In this document: positions 6,846 through 16,586 of the stretch, in pieces
Layout of the letters: each line of letters begins with the position of its first letter
Position numbering within the stretch: position 1 is the stretch's first letter
IMG/VR virus record: IMGVR_UViG_3300005095_000109
Coordinates: 1 to 63,132 of that record
Source of the DNA: a virus
Taxonomy: Duplodnaviria > Caudoviricetes
Length of the DNA stretch: 63,132 nucleotides
Direction: 5' to 3' (one strand)
Translations under genes and position numbers: made by a program
The notes under the pieces: model-generated
What the model was told of the DNA's origin: nothing
What the model saw: only the letters and a program-made list of their open reading frames with translations
The model's database searches: none

Positions 6846-7430
6846 TTATAGACCTGCGCTTGTAATTATTTCATGTTCTTCGTTGTATCTGAAGTTTTCT
6901 GTTATGTATAGTTTGTGTTCTCCGTTAAAGTCTGTTACTGCGAACTTTCCTCCGTTTGTGTCGTACGCGTATTCTATTGCTATGTGTGCTGGTAGCAGAG
7001 AGATGAGACGTGCCAGTTCAGCTGTGTCTGATTCACCAGTAGTAGTGTTTATAGAGCAGCCTCCGTAGTAGCAAGAGTATGTCTTTTCTCCCATTCCGCT
7101 AATCACTCCGTTGTGGAACAGGAGTTTGTCTGTTATGCCCTCCATTATATTGTAGTGCTTCTTCTTAACCAGTTCAGTTAACTGGAATGGATGTGTCATT
7201 TGTGGTCTTACGCCGCCTGCTGTAGCAAGCCTTACGTGGACTATTATCAGTTCTTTATCTGTGTGTTTTTTCAGTTCTTCTTTCAGTTCCTTGAGGGTCA
7301 TTATTCCACGTCTGAAATACCAGCCGTCTTTGACTGGGACTGCGAGCCCTGCTCCGTCGCTGTTTTGAATCCACTGGTAGTCTATTACTTCTAATATATT
7401 CCCCGCTTTACCTATTAGAATGTTACACAT
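6846..7430 (-). CDS. Class II (Ntn) glutamine amidotransferase
   Basis: N-terminal MC, NSDGAG, VHVRLATAG, THPF, HNGVI and SDT. Confidence 0.88.
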   Translation of the reverse strand: MCNILIGKAGNILEVIDYQWIQNSDGAGLAVPVKDGWYFRRGIMTLKELKEELKKHTDKELIIVHVRLATAGGVRPQMTHPFQLTELVKKKHYNIMEGITDKLLFHNGVISGMGEKTYSCYYGGCSINTTTGESDTAELARLISLLPAHIAIEYAYDTNGGKFAVTDFNGEHKLYITENFRYNEEHEIITSAGL

Positions 7431-7441
7431 TTCTTTTAGAT

Positions 7442-8383
7442 TTAAGTGAATAATGGTATTGTTGCAATTAGGCTGTTTACTTCTTTGATGTTTTTTCTTT
7501 TGATTGTGTTTACTAATTCTGCGTATTTTTTCTGTTCTGCAAGTTTTCTGATGTGGCTCCAGTTCAGTTTTCTTATTTTGCTTGGTGAGTCAAATTGTTC
7601 TGTTATTAATTCTGTCAGGACGTCTGCGAATTGAAGTCTCGCTTTAATCTCGTATAAGTCAAGCGTTCCCTCAAATATTCTCAGTTCAACTGTCTTACCG
7701 GCAGTGCCCCTTAGGTTGTATCCGTTTACTGCACAGTTTCTGTTTCTCTGCATATAGTCTCTTAGCATGTCTATAACGTCTCCTTCTTGCATCAGTATGT
7801 GCATTGGATATTCGGTATATCCGTTGTCTTTTCTGTTTGTGAGTTTGAGCAGACCTGGTATTAATCTCATCAGCGCTAACATTACATATTCCGGGATTAT
7901 CTCATATGTTCTGTTGTTTTTTCTATACCTTCTTTGGATATGTATGTGCAATCCAGCATTTACGTTTTTTCCTGTCGTTACTTCTAAGTCGTGTTCATAT
8001 ATTATGTCAAAGACTTCTCTTAGCATATCCACCAGCGTTTCTATTCCTTTTTTATCTGCTGGCATTGGCGGTGATACTATTTCGCATCCATAGTTGTATA
8101 CGCTGCCGTCATATTTGACTGCCGGGGTGCTATGTGTTGCCAAATGTAGTCTGTTTAGTGTTTTTGTGAAGTAATCTTGTTCCATTTCGCTCTCAAACGA
8201 AATCTCTATTTCACAGCCTATCCGTTTTCTTCTTGTTAATATTCCGTTCCACTCAAGCCTCCTGTCATATCTGAACATGTCATTTGTTCTTGTAATCTCA
8301 TCTGGTCTCATGTTTCTTCTGAATGTGAAGAGCAGTTCGTATTCAATCCCTGCTCTTCTTGCCTCTCTTTCCAAAATGCTCAT
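7442..8383 (-). CDS. Putative amidoligase (COOH-NH2 ligase type 2)
   Basis: IGCEIE, YDGSV, GCEIVSPP, AGLHIHI and TVELRIFEGT. Confidence 0.88.
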   Translation of the reverse strand: MSILEREARRAGIEYELLFTFRRNMRPDEITRTNDMFRYDRRLEWNGILTRRKRIGCEIEISFESEMEQDYFTKTLNRLHLATHSTPAVKYDGSVYNYGCEIVSPPMPADKKGIETLVDMLREVFDIIYEHDLEVTTGKNVNAGLHIHIQRRYRKNNRTYEIIPEYVMLALMRLIPGLLKLTNRKDNGYTEYPMHILMQEGDVIDMLRDYMQRNRNCAVNGYNLRGTAGKTVELRIFEGTLDLYEIKARLQFADVLTELITEQFDSPSKIRKLNWSHIRKLAEQKKYAELVNTIKRKNIKEVNSLIATIPLFT

Positions 8384-8415
8384 TGCTCTATTATTTAAGA
8401 GTTAAGAGTTATAAA

Positions 8416-8428
8416 TGAAGACATTTAG
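8416..8428 (-). promoter_or_regulatory. Divergent copy of the early motif (CTAAATGTCTTCA)
   Basis: TAAATGT core upstream of the ATG at 8383. Confidence 0.4.
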
Positions 8429-8709
8429 ATATAGATTTAACTCTACTATTCTACTTCTTTACTGTTTTATTCTTTTGTTTGTTGTTTTTTTTTTGTTTTG
8501 TCTCTCTGTTTGTTTCTCTTCATTTCTTTTTTTATGTATAGGAAGTGCGACGGTCAATATATGAAGTGTGGCGGTCTGGCTGTTTTTTAGTATAAGCGTT
8601 GTGGCGTGTGCCTGCTGGCCTGTCGTTACCGTGCCATTTGCTAATGCCTTATTATTACACGTAGTTGATTGTTATGGGCGAATAAATTGCATAATTTAAT
8701 GTCATTTAG

Positions 8710-8749
8710 GGAACCTTTTTTAATTTAATGACGTATAATATAATGTAAA
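8710..8749 (+). promoter_or_regulatory. ECF-sigma-like promoter GGAAC-N16-ACGT-N7-AATGTAAA
   Basis: The same architecture occurs at 62211-62251 (minus). Sits just before the first plus-strand gene. Confidence 0.5.
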
Positions 8750-8759
8750 TTGTTTAGCA

Positions 8760-9047
8760 ATGATGCAACCAACCTTTTTTAGGCTAACGCCAGAGCAATT
8801 CAAGATGCACTTTGGCAGTGCGAAGTGGGAATTCAAGAGGTTTTACATAGAGAATGATGTTGCTGAGTTTGAGTTCCGTGATAGCATAGGCTTATACACA
8901 CTTTTAGCCAGACCAACTCATACTGATATAATAGAACGGATGATGAAATCTGATGATTTAATTGATGGATTTGAAATAATTGAGATTAGAGAGACTGACA
9001 AGCAAGGTAACGTCATTAAGGTGCTTGAAATAGGTGATGATGCGTGA
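8760..9047 (+). CDS. Hypothetical protein (95 aa)
   Basis: First ORF of the plus-strand operon. Confidence 0.8.
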   Translation: MMQPTFFRLTPEQFKMHFGSAKWEFKRFYIENDVAEFEFRDSIGLYTLLARPTHTDIIERMMKSDDLIDGFEIIEIRETDKQGNVIKVLEIGDDA

Positions 9048-10188
9048 GTTGTTAAGGTGGCAGAAGGAAATCATCTTGTCTATTGAGAACAGAATGCGAA
9101 CAGATGATATGTTTGTAGTGAACGTAGCGACTGGCGGTGGCAAGACGTGGATAGGTGGCTACTTGGCTTTACGCCATAAGCCATCAATAGTTGTGTGCCC
9201 TACTGTCGTATTAGCCCGCCAGTGGGATGCTTGGTTCAGGGAAAGAGGCATAGAGCCCGGGTTTATAGGTGACGGATGTATGGATGTAAACAGAGATGGT
9301 GTTAACATAGGTGTTATAAACAGCATAGTCAATAACATATATATAATGCCACAATTTGCTATGGGCATATACGACGAGGCACATAACTACGGCGGGACAT
9401 ATCAACGTGCGTTCAACATATCACGGACAAAAGTGTTACTAACTGCTACGCCGACGGAATGGATGAAAGGATACAAACAGATTGCAAACGTAACGCTCAA
9501 CAAACTGATAGATAACAAGATAGTTGACGACTACATTGCTACACTAATAGGCGTTGACTTAACACTATCTGAACAGAAAGAATACAATTATTACGACAGG
9601 CTTCTTCGTCAATACCTTGACGACAGCGGGATAGCAACACTACAAACAGCATTTAAGTTAATCGGTCTATCAAGCGGTAAGATGTCGCATGTGCTAAGGG
9701 ATATAGCGAAAACATATCAAAATATGATACGCATATCTGCCATGTCGGAAGGGAAAGATGAATTAATAACAGAGTTCGCAAAAGACAGCGATGAAAACGT
9801 AATAGTGTTTTGTAACTACATAGAACAGGCAAGGCGAATACACGAACGGTTACTAAGGCTGGGAATAGATAGCATATTAATAACTGGTAAAGACAGCAAG
9901 AAGCAACGCAGAGAAAAACTGAGGCGAGCCAGCAATACCAAAGCCCTTGTTACAACTAAAATACTTGACGAGGGATGGACACCAGAAGTTCCATTCAGCA
10001 TAGGGATAATAGCCAGTGCAACAGGACAGAAGAGGCAACTTATACAGCGGATAGGCAGGACGATAAGACACTACGGCAACGGGCATAGATACATAATAGA
10101 CGTTGTAGCACGTGGGACTGTTGACGAGAGGCTTGCGAGGAGACGTTGGCATTCGTTAGGGAACCGTTTGAGAACATTCATTGTTTAA
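9034..10188 (+). CDS. Superfamily 2 DEAH helicase (XPB/UvsW-like)
   Basis: ATGGGKT, DEAH, TAT, ILDEGW and QRIGR. Confidence 0.92.
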   Translation: MMMRELLRWQKEIILSIENRMRTDDMFVVNVATGGGKTWIGGYLALRHKPSIVVCPTVVLARQWDAWFRERGIEPGFIGDGCMDVNRDGVNIGVINSIVNNIYIMPQFAMGIYDEAHNYGGTYQRAFNISRTKVLLTATPTEWMKGYKQIANVTLNKLIDNKIVDDYIATLIGVDLTLSEQKEYNYYDRLLRQYLDDSGIATLQTAFKLIGLSSGKMSHVLRDIAKTYQNMIRISAMSEGKDELITEFAKDSDENVIVFCNYIEQARRIHERLLRLGIDSILITGKDSKKQRREKLRRASNTKALVTTKILDEGWTPEVPFSIGIIASATGQKRQLIQRIGRTIRHYGNGHRYIIDVVARGTVDERLARRRWHSLGNRLRTFIV

Positions 10189-10196
10189 TGTAAAAA

Positions 10197-10745
10197 ATGG
10201 TTGCTATGGGGATAAACATTGACAAGACACTCGTTGAGTTATTTGAAATAGTTTCAAAAAGTGCAACCGATAGTATGCTATACGCACTTATCAATATGCA
10301 CAAGAAACTGAATGAAATAAAAGAACAATTTGACATAGGCACTATTGAAGACTACATAAACATAAAGAACAAGAGCGACAAACGAGAATATGAAAACGTA
10401 AACATAAAAGTCAAATCAACAGAAGGCGGGACAGAAGCATCAATAGTGCTAACCTCAGACGAAACATACACAGGCTTATTAACAGAAGTGAGAGACATAA
10501 ACGAAGAAAAGGCACTGTTTGAAATAAGATTTTCATCAATAACCCCAGACGACATAACAGAGATAGCAAGGTTCGTCGTTCAGGCAAGCCAAATAGCAGA
10601 CATTGACATACAAGAGAAAATGATTTACAACAAACAGGAACTGCTTAACAGCGTTGAGTTAGTTAACGCACTGATGAACGCAACAGGGACGCTAATCCGT
10701 ATCTACTACCATCTTGACGAAGACCACGAACTAATGTGGCCTTAA
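10197..10745 (+). CDS. Hypothetical protein (182 aa)
   Basis: Co-oriented ORF. Confidence 0.8.
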   Translation: MVAMGINIDKTLVELFEIVSKSATDSMLYALINMHKKLNEIKEQFDIGTIEDYINIKNKSDKREYENVNIKVKSTEGGTEASIVLTSDETYTGLLTEVRDINEEKALFEIRFSSITPDDITEIARFVVQASQIADIDIQEKMIYNKQELLNSVELVNALMNATGTLIRIYYHLDEDHELMWP

Positions 10746-11167
10746 AAACAAGAAAGATGAAAGAATGGGAGCAACTGCGTGTCAGGTCAGTAATAGGCAT
10801 AATAGACATACAGGACTACGGGATAACATTGATAGTTGAGAAGTCAAAACAATTCCCCCAAGACCAAACATTCAGCACATACTCAATAAGCATACACAAG
10901 CAAGATAAGTTAAGCGGTGTGGCACAGGAACATTACGAATGGCTAAGCGAGATAATTGATGGGGAAGCACTGGACAAGAAAGAAATGATAGACGTAATCT
11001 TCTCATTCATAGACGAGACGGCACACTACGCAGAAGTGAGACCATACGTCAAGGCTATAACTAATTACAGCAGGGCAACAGGTAATTACATAACAATCCT
11101 GACAGGTAACAGGAAATTGCTTATGAAACTGTTGCTTGAACTGGAAAACCACAGAGGAACGCATTAA
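10736..11167 (+). CDS. Hypothetical protein (143 aa)
   Basis: Co-oriented ORF. Confidence 0.8.
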   Translation: MALKTRKMKEWEQLRVRSVIGIIDIQDYGITLIVEKSKQFPQDQTFSTYSISIHKQDKLSGVAQEHYEWLSEIIDGEALDKKEMIDVIFSFIDETAHYAEVRPYVKAITNYSRATGNYITILTGNRKLLMKLLLELENHRGTH

Positions 11168-11179
11168 AATCACTGGGAG

Positions 11180-12214
11180 ATGAGAATAAGTAGCACTGAA
11201 TTACCAATAATAGTCGGGCTTAGCAAGTTTGCTACGCCCCTTGACCTCTGGCTGGTAAAGAAAGGATTAAAGGAACGACAGCCCGATAACGAGTATATGC
11301 GGTTAGGCAGACGGCTTGAATACGGTATATTCGCAGAAGCAAAAGAAGAAATACAGAAAAAGAAAATCCTACCTATTGAACCAACTGATAAGATAGTCTA
11401 TGCCCCGGGAATTCTATTCACGAAAGATATATTTTCTTGCCATATAGATGCGGCAGTGGTAAAGCCAAACGATGAAATCAAATATCTAATAGAGATTAAA
11501 AGCACCTCAATGCCTATACAGGCATTTGAGAAATATGCTCTTGCCCAATATGAATGCCAAGTAATGCAACAGATATACATAACAGGAGCCCAACAAGCCG
11601 TTATAGTAGTGGCACCCGACGGAGGGAAAGGAGAACTGAAATACTACTACGTATTCTTTGATGATGAGAAATGGTCTAAATGGGAAGCTGAAGCCCGCAA
11701 GTTCTACGAATCACTAAAAGAAGACAATCCGCCTGAATGGATAATAGAAAGGTCAAAGGAACAGAACAAGGAACTTTTTGAGGCGAATAATGTGTTTAGT
11801 ATAATGGAAGTTGATGACGACGTTGCCGCTTGGATAGTGTCGGCAGCCGTTAAACTGGAAGAACTGAAAGCACAGAAGAAGGAATTAGACGCACAGATTA
11901 AGGCAATAGAAGGCGTCCTTTCAAATGCCATAAAAGGCAACGGAGAAATCAAATGGAACGACGAAGTGATTGTGAAGGCTACAACATACGAAAGCGAAAC
12001 ATTTGACAAAGAGAAACTCAAAAAAGAACATCCAGAGATTTACGAGAAATACGTCGGGAAAACAACTAAAAGCAGATTAACAGTAGCAAAAGGCAAAAAA
12101 CTACAAAGGCTGGCAAGCACCTTCCAAAGCCTACCAGAAATCAAAAACGCAGAATCACTAACTTCACTAATAGCAAAACAAGACGAAGATGGCAGAGAAA
12201 CTACCAATCAATGA
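11180..12214 (+). CDS. YqaJ-family (lambda-exonuclease-like) recombination exonuclease
   Basis: ISSTE, TPLDLWLVKKG, GRRLE, HID, EIK and YECQVMQQ. Adjacent to RecT. Confidence 0.9.
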   Translation: MRISSTELPIIVGLSKFATPLDLWLVKKGLKERQPDNEYMRLGRRLEYGIFAEAKEEIQKKKILPIEPTDKIVYAPGILFTKDIFSCHIDAAVVKPNDEIKYLIEIKSTSMPIQAFEKYALAQYECQVMQQIYITGAQQAVIVVAPDGGKGELKYYYVFFDDEKWSKWEAEARKFYESLKEDNPPEWIIERSKEQNKELFEANNVFSIMEVDDDVAAWIVSAAVKLEELKAQKKELDAQIKAIEGVLSNAIKGNGEIKWNDEVIVKATTYESETFDKEKLKKEHPEIYEKYVGKTTKSRLTVAKGKKLQRLASTFQSLPEIKNAESLTSLIAKQDEDGRETTNQ

Positions 12215-12971
12215 AGGACAAACTCAACAGGCACAGCCAAAGCCTGCACAGGCAACAAGCCAAGCACAGATAGAAAAGGCTAAGCCATTTGATATGATTA
12301 TACAAGACCTGTCCAGAGCCACAGGACAGGATGTAAACGAAATAAAACAGAAGGTTATGTATATATTGCTCAACAATAAAGACGCCTTTATGAAGGCGGC
12401 ACGCACGCCAGAAGGCAAACTGAGTGCAATCAACGCACTGATGTATATAATGAGGACGGGACTTAGCCCCACAGCAGGACAGATATACATAGTGCCTTAC
12501 CAAAACAGAAAAGAAGGCTACGTTAACATAGACGTCCAAATAGGTTATAAAGGACTGCTTAAACTGCTTGCCCAACACCCAGAAATAGAAGCAATAGACT
12601 TCGGGGTAGTCCGGGAAGGCGACGAGTTTGAATGGTATGTTGACCCAATAGAAGGCGGATTTAGAATGAAATATAAATGCAAGAGTTCATATAAAGACCC
12701 CATCACTCACGCTTGGGCATACGCTAAACTGAAAAATGGAACGGTCGTCGGATACGTAGCAGATAGGAACGAGATTGAACAAGCCCGTAAACTGAGTAGA
12801 GGTGCTGACTCACCATCCAGCCCGTGGAACCAGTTCTACGAGGCAATGGCTGCCAAGACAGCCCTCAGGCGTCTGGCTCGTAAACTACCACTGTCTGACT
12901 CAATAGCAGAGATAGTAGAATGGGAAGAAAGACAACTTGGACTGTCTGCAAAAGAAATGGCAGATGAGTAA
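12189..12971 (+). CDS. recT: RecT-family ssDNA annealing protein
   Basis: GLSP..GQIYIVPY, QIGYKGL, VREGDEF and SPW..FYEAMAAKTALRRL. Confidence 0.92.
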   Translation: MAEKLPINEGQTQQAQPKPAQATSQAQIEKAKPFDMIIQDLSRATGQDVNEIKQKVMYILLNNKDAFMKAARTPEGKLSAINALMYIMRTGLSPTAGQIYIVPYQNRKEGYVNIDVQIGYKGLLKLLAQHPEIEAIDFGVVREGDEFEWYVDPIEGGFRMKYKCKSSYKDPITHAWAYAKLKNGTVVGYVADRNEIEQARKLSRGADSPSSPWNQFYEAMAAKTALRRLARKLPLSDSIAEIVEWEERQLGLSAKEMADE

Positions 12972-13389
12972 AGTCCCTATCCCAACAGTCCTGCGGATAA
13001 TAAACAAGAAAATTCCGCTTTTTAAGAAGTTTGACTTAGGGGTGCGGGCTTGCGACTTTAGATTCGGCGAAGCCTGCGCCCCACCCCCCTTCATCAAAAT
13101 GGAACTGGACGGCGAGGAGTTCAACATATGTGAACGATGCCGGGAGGTTCTAATTGAGATGAGAAACATAATAGTAACAGCAATTAGATGCGAAGTGTGT
13201 GGGTTTAAGCCGACGGAAAAAGACGCCCTATACATAGCAATGGCAAACGACTGGGACCCCGGATACATAAACGACGAAGGATGGTCATTACCAATTGAAC
13301 GCAAATCAGGCAACTTCAAATTAGTGGCTTGCTCAAGATGTTTTAGAGAAATAACTAATTTCAAAGGGTATAGAGATGCTAATAACTAA
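12964..13389 (+). CDS. Zinc-finger-like protein
   Basis: CERC, CEVC and CSRC pairs. The ATG at 12964 is preferred as start. Confidence 0.7.
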   Translation: MSKVPIPTVLRIINKKIPLFKKFDLGVRACDFRFGEACAPPPFIKMELDGEEFNICERCREVLIEMRNIIVTAIRCEVCGFKPTEKDALYIAMANDWDPGYINDEGWSLPIERKSGNFKLVACSRCFREITNFKGYRDANN

Positions 13390-13672
13390 GATTAGAGAGA
13401 AATACGAAATGATACGCAAACGGACTGGATATCCCTCACATGAAAAGATAGAGGAACTTGAACAAATAATTGAGAAGATATATGAACTGTATAAGGAGGA
13501 CGGTAGAATAGAATATATTGTAATATACTTCAACTATATGCTAACAGACTTACTCAATGACATACAAAACAACAAGGCAATAACACATAAATTGCATTTT
13601 ATAAACGAAATAAAAACATTCATTAACTCATACAAAAAAACTAAATCAATACGCAATGGAAGCAAAGCTTAA
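13376..13672 (+). CDS. Hypothetical protein (98 aa)
   Basis: Overlapping, co-oriented ORF. Confidence 0.75.
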   Translation: MLITKIREKYEMIRKRTGYPSHEKIEELEQIIEKIYELYKEDGRIEYIVIYFNYMLTDLLNDIQNNKAITHKLHFINEIKTFINSYKKTKSIRNGSKA

Positions 13673-14189
13673 ACAAAAGAGGATACCAGTCAAGATAGAC
13701 GACAGGGGCAGACGACTCATTGACACAGGAGAGTTCCTTGTGCTGGGCGTGGACCCAGGTAAGTCAGGAGCAATAGCAATCCTTGACAACAACTACAACT
13801 TAGTAGACTTTACAACCATCAGGGGCAGAATAGATAATATGATTAGCATTGTTGAGGAATACAGCGACCGAATAGCGACAGTGTTCTTTGAGAAGAACCA
13901 CGCCCGCCCAACAGACGGCGTAGCATCAGCATTCACATTCGGCATCTGGACAGGGATGAAGATGGGCGTTCTTAGAAGTATGCTACTGCCAATAACATAC
14001 TTAACACCACAGCAGTGGATGCGTATAATAGGCGTTAAACCACGAATGACAAAGAAAGCACGGAAACACGCAATTAAGGCGAAAGTAATAGAACGTGTCA
14101 ACTTAGGAGACAGGAAGGTGCCACTGCTTGCCTTTGACGCAATAGGCATCGCAACAGCTGGATTGGACATCATTTTAGAAACCAACTAA
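13656..14189 (+). CDS. RuvC-like Holliday junction resolvase
   Basis: LGVDPGKSGAIA, FFEK, AFTFG, PQQW and DAIGIA. Confidence 0.85.
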   Translation: MEAKLKQKRIPVKIDDRGRRLIDTGEFLVLGVDPGKSGAIAILDNNYNLVDFTTIRGRIDNMISIVEEYSDRIATVFFEKNHARPTDGVASAFTFGIWTGMKMGVLRSMLLPITYLTPQQWMRIIGVKPRMTKKARKHAIKAKVIERVNLGDRKVPLLAFDAIGIATAGLDIILETN

Positions 14190-14199
14190 ATAAAGAGCA

Positions 14200-15192
14200 A
14201 TGGTTGAAGGCGCATTGTTAATACATTCCCTGCGTATAAAGGATAAAATCTACATGACAAAAGACATGCAGCCAGAACTCGGACACAAGATAAATGCCGA
14301 ACTGGCACAAACAATGTCAAAGATAATAAGCGGGATGGCAAAGAAAGGAGACAAAATAGAACTTCTTTCAGTAACAGAATACACAATACCAGACTCAACA
14401 ATCTACTCATACTTTGCAGTAAATAAAGCACCAATCATTGAACTAATAGAGAGCGCAGGGATGAATCCGGAACACGACATGCTTAAAAGAATAGTAGCAG
14501 ACTCATTCAGCATACTGCAACAAAATAAATCCCTTAACGTCGGGATGCAAATGTTTGACGAGTATATGAAACTTGGTTCTATCATCAATAACATAGCAAC
14601 TATACTCATACCAGATTTGGTAGGTGCGATAGGCGGAATGGTTCTATTTGAAATGTCAAACAGCCTTATGGAAGAAGAACGGATTAACATAGGCGTATCA
14701 CAAGATAGCCCACTTGCCAGCACGCACGGCATCATCAGCATAATAACAAACGATGGCGAACAGCACCTGTTCTCAATAATGAAACTCGTCAAGACATACG
14801 GCGGATATGTGTTATACACAGGAACGCCTTACGAGGTAATAGCCACGGCGGCAACACTGCTTGCAATCAGGCAGGATAGAGTGTTTATATCAACTGAATT
14901 GCTGTCTAAAGATGATGACAAAGACGTAGTTCAGAAAACAACAGAAGAACTCCTAAAGGTATTTGACGACCTCAATATAGATATACGGAAATATGATAAG
15001 ATTAACATAGTAAACATAATCAAGGCAATAAAAATGACTGACCACGTAATAAAGTATGATGCAGAAAAGACAATAGATTTACTCAACGAAACTGGCGTTG
15101 AAGTGGTAGACTTGAAGATTAACGAACTGAGAGAGGCAATAGTAGAAGAAGCAAAAGAAAGAACAATGGAACTACTACTTGAAGTAGTCTAA
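14200..15192 (+). CDS. Hypothetical protein (330 aa)
   Basis: Long co-oriented ORF with no motif recognised. Confidence 0.85.
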   Translation: MVEGALLIHSLRIKDKIYMTKDMQPELGHKINAELAQTMSKIISGMAKKGDKIELLSVTEYTIPDSTIYSYFAVNKAPIIELIESAGMNPEHDMLKRIVADSFSILQQNKSLNVGMQMFDEYMKLGSIINNIATILIPDLVGAIGGMVLFEMSNSLMEEERINIGVSQDSPLASTHGIISIITNDGEQHLFSIMKLVKTYGGYVLYTGTPYEVIATAATLLAIRQDRVFISTELLSKDDDKDVVQKTTEELLKVFDDLNIDIRKYDKINIVNIIKAIKMTDHVIKYDAEKTIDLLNETGVEVVDLKINELREAIVEEAKERTMELLLEVV

Positions 15193-15202
15193 ATGCATAA
15201 CA

Positions 15203-15550
15203 ATGCATACGGTAGAAGTTGAGATTTCAAGGCACATTGAGATGATTGCAAATGGGTCAAAACTGAAATTCAAACTATTACCACTGATAACTGTCGGCTA
15301 TAACAAGTCAATAGAAGAAGACATAAAACCAGCACTCAAACGGATAGCGGAACTGATAAAAGACCCCATTGAAACAGAGCACATTTTAGTATGCGGGGAC
15401 GAGGCATACGAATATGCATATCACGTAAACGACAAGCTAATAGAGGCAATTCTGATGCTTGACAAGATGATTGCAGAACTGACAGTTACAATTGAAGACA
15501 TCATAAAAAGCACTTTGCCCGACGCAGAAGTAAAGTTGATTTTCACTTAA
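15203..15550 (+). CDS. Hypothetical protein (115 aa)
   Basis: Co-oriented ORF. Confidence 0.8.
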   Translation: MHTVEVEISRHIEMIANGSKLKFKLLPLITVGYNKSIEEDIKPALKRIAELIKDPIETEHILVCGDEAYEYAYHVNDKLIEAILMLDKMIAELTVTIEDIIKSTLPDAEVKLIFT

Positions 15551-15561
15551 ATAAAGGAGCC

Positions 15562-15933
15562 ATGCGAAGAATTAACTTGCAGGAATTTATCAATCAATAC
15601 AGCCAGTTTTTGCAAAGGGAGCCAGACTCAATACTTGTTTACGCAAACGGTGCTGTTACCTTCGGCTACTATAACAACGACAAGATTTACTTCTTTGTGT
15701 TCTACCTTATAGATTATAGCACAGTTAATCTAAAAGACCTATACAGTTTGTTGGACTATACTAATGATATAACTGTATTCTGCTACGAGCCTGCAACTAA
15801 AGAAGAACTTTTAGAGAACCCAACAGAACTTCTTGAAGATAGCTATCCTATTCTGAGTGTTACCATACCTGATAATAATGAGGAACTTAAAAGGATAATT
15901 ACTGAGTGGACCCTAAAAATAAACCTGCAATGA
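15562..15933 (+). CDS. Hypothetical protein (123 aa)
   Basis: Co-oriented ORF with AAGGAG upstream. Confidence 0.8.
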   Translation: MRRINLQEFINQYSQFLQREPDSILVYANGAVTFGYYNNDKIYFFVFYLIDYSTVNLKDLYSLLDYTNDITVFCYEPATKEELLENPTELLEDSYPILSVTIPDNNEELKRIITEWTLKINLQ

Positions 15934-16142
15934 AAAACAAAAAACCAAGGGAACGACTAACAATCATTGCTATTGTATTAGCAGTAATAGTCATTTCAGT
16001 TTCTTGGATGTTTATATCTTCTATTACACTATATATAATAGGAGGGGGCGATGACCCTAAAGTAATAAAGTGGCTCTTGTTCTGGATAGGTATTGCAATT
16101 GCAACTTTTACATTAATGTTCAGGAGAATTAATATACACTAA
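15930..16142 (+). CDS. Small membrane protein (two hydrophobic segments)
   Basis: ATGA overlap, basic N-terminus, then two hydrophobic stretches. Confidence 0.7.
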   Translation: MKNKKPRERLTIIAIVLAVIVISVSWMFISSITLYIIGGGDDPKVIKWLLFWIGIAIATFTLMFRRINIH

Positions 16143-16157
16143 AAAATATAAGCAGCC

Positions 16158-16583
16158 ATGAACTGGTTAAGAAAACTAATCAAAAATGTCTTAAGTAACC
16201 CCCCATACAAACCTAAAGGACATTATAACTTGCCATACACGTTTGAGATAGATGAAAAGTTTAAGATTATGGGAGAACCATTTACATTTGTGGGATTTAG
16301 ATATGCAATATTCAAGGATAATGAAGGGAGAATGGCATTAGGAAGGCTATTCGTAAATGATTGGATTGGAGTAGCAAAAGCAAGAGAGGATAATGCTGGA
16401 ACATACTTTGTATGGTGGCGATATGAGTATTACACTTTCTACATCTTGTATGTGCATTGGGATGGCGAAAGATGGAGGTATATAGGATTTAACATTCCGG
16501 GTGAACATGCAAATGATAAAGAAGGAGAATGGATTGAAAGAATAAGAAATGAAGTCAAAGACTGGAAAAATAAAATCAAGTAA
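16158..16583 (+). CDS. Hypothetical protein (141 aa, aromatic-rich)
   Basis: Co-oriented ORF. Confidence 0.8.
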   Translation: MNWLRKLIKNVLSNPPYKPKGHYNLPYTFEIDEKFKIMGEPFTFVGFRYAIFKDNEGRMALGRLFVNDWIGVAKAREDNAGTYFVWWRYEYYTFYILYVHWDGERWRYIGFNIPGEHANDKEGEWIERIRNEVKDWKNKIK

Positions 16584-16586
16584 GCC

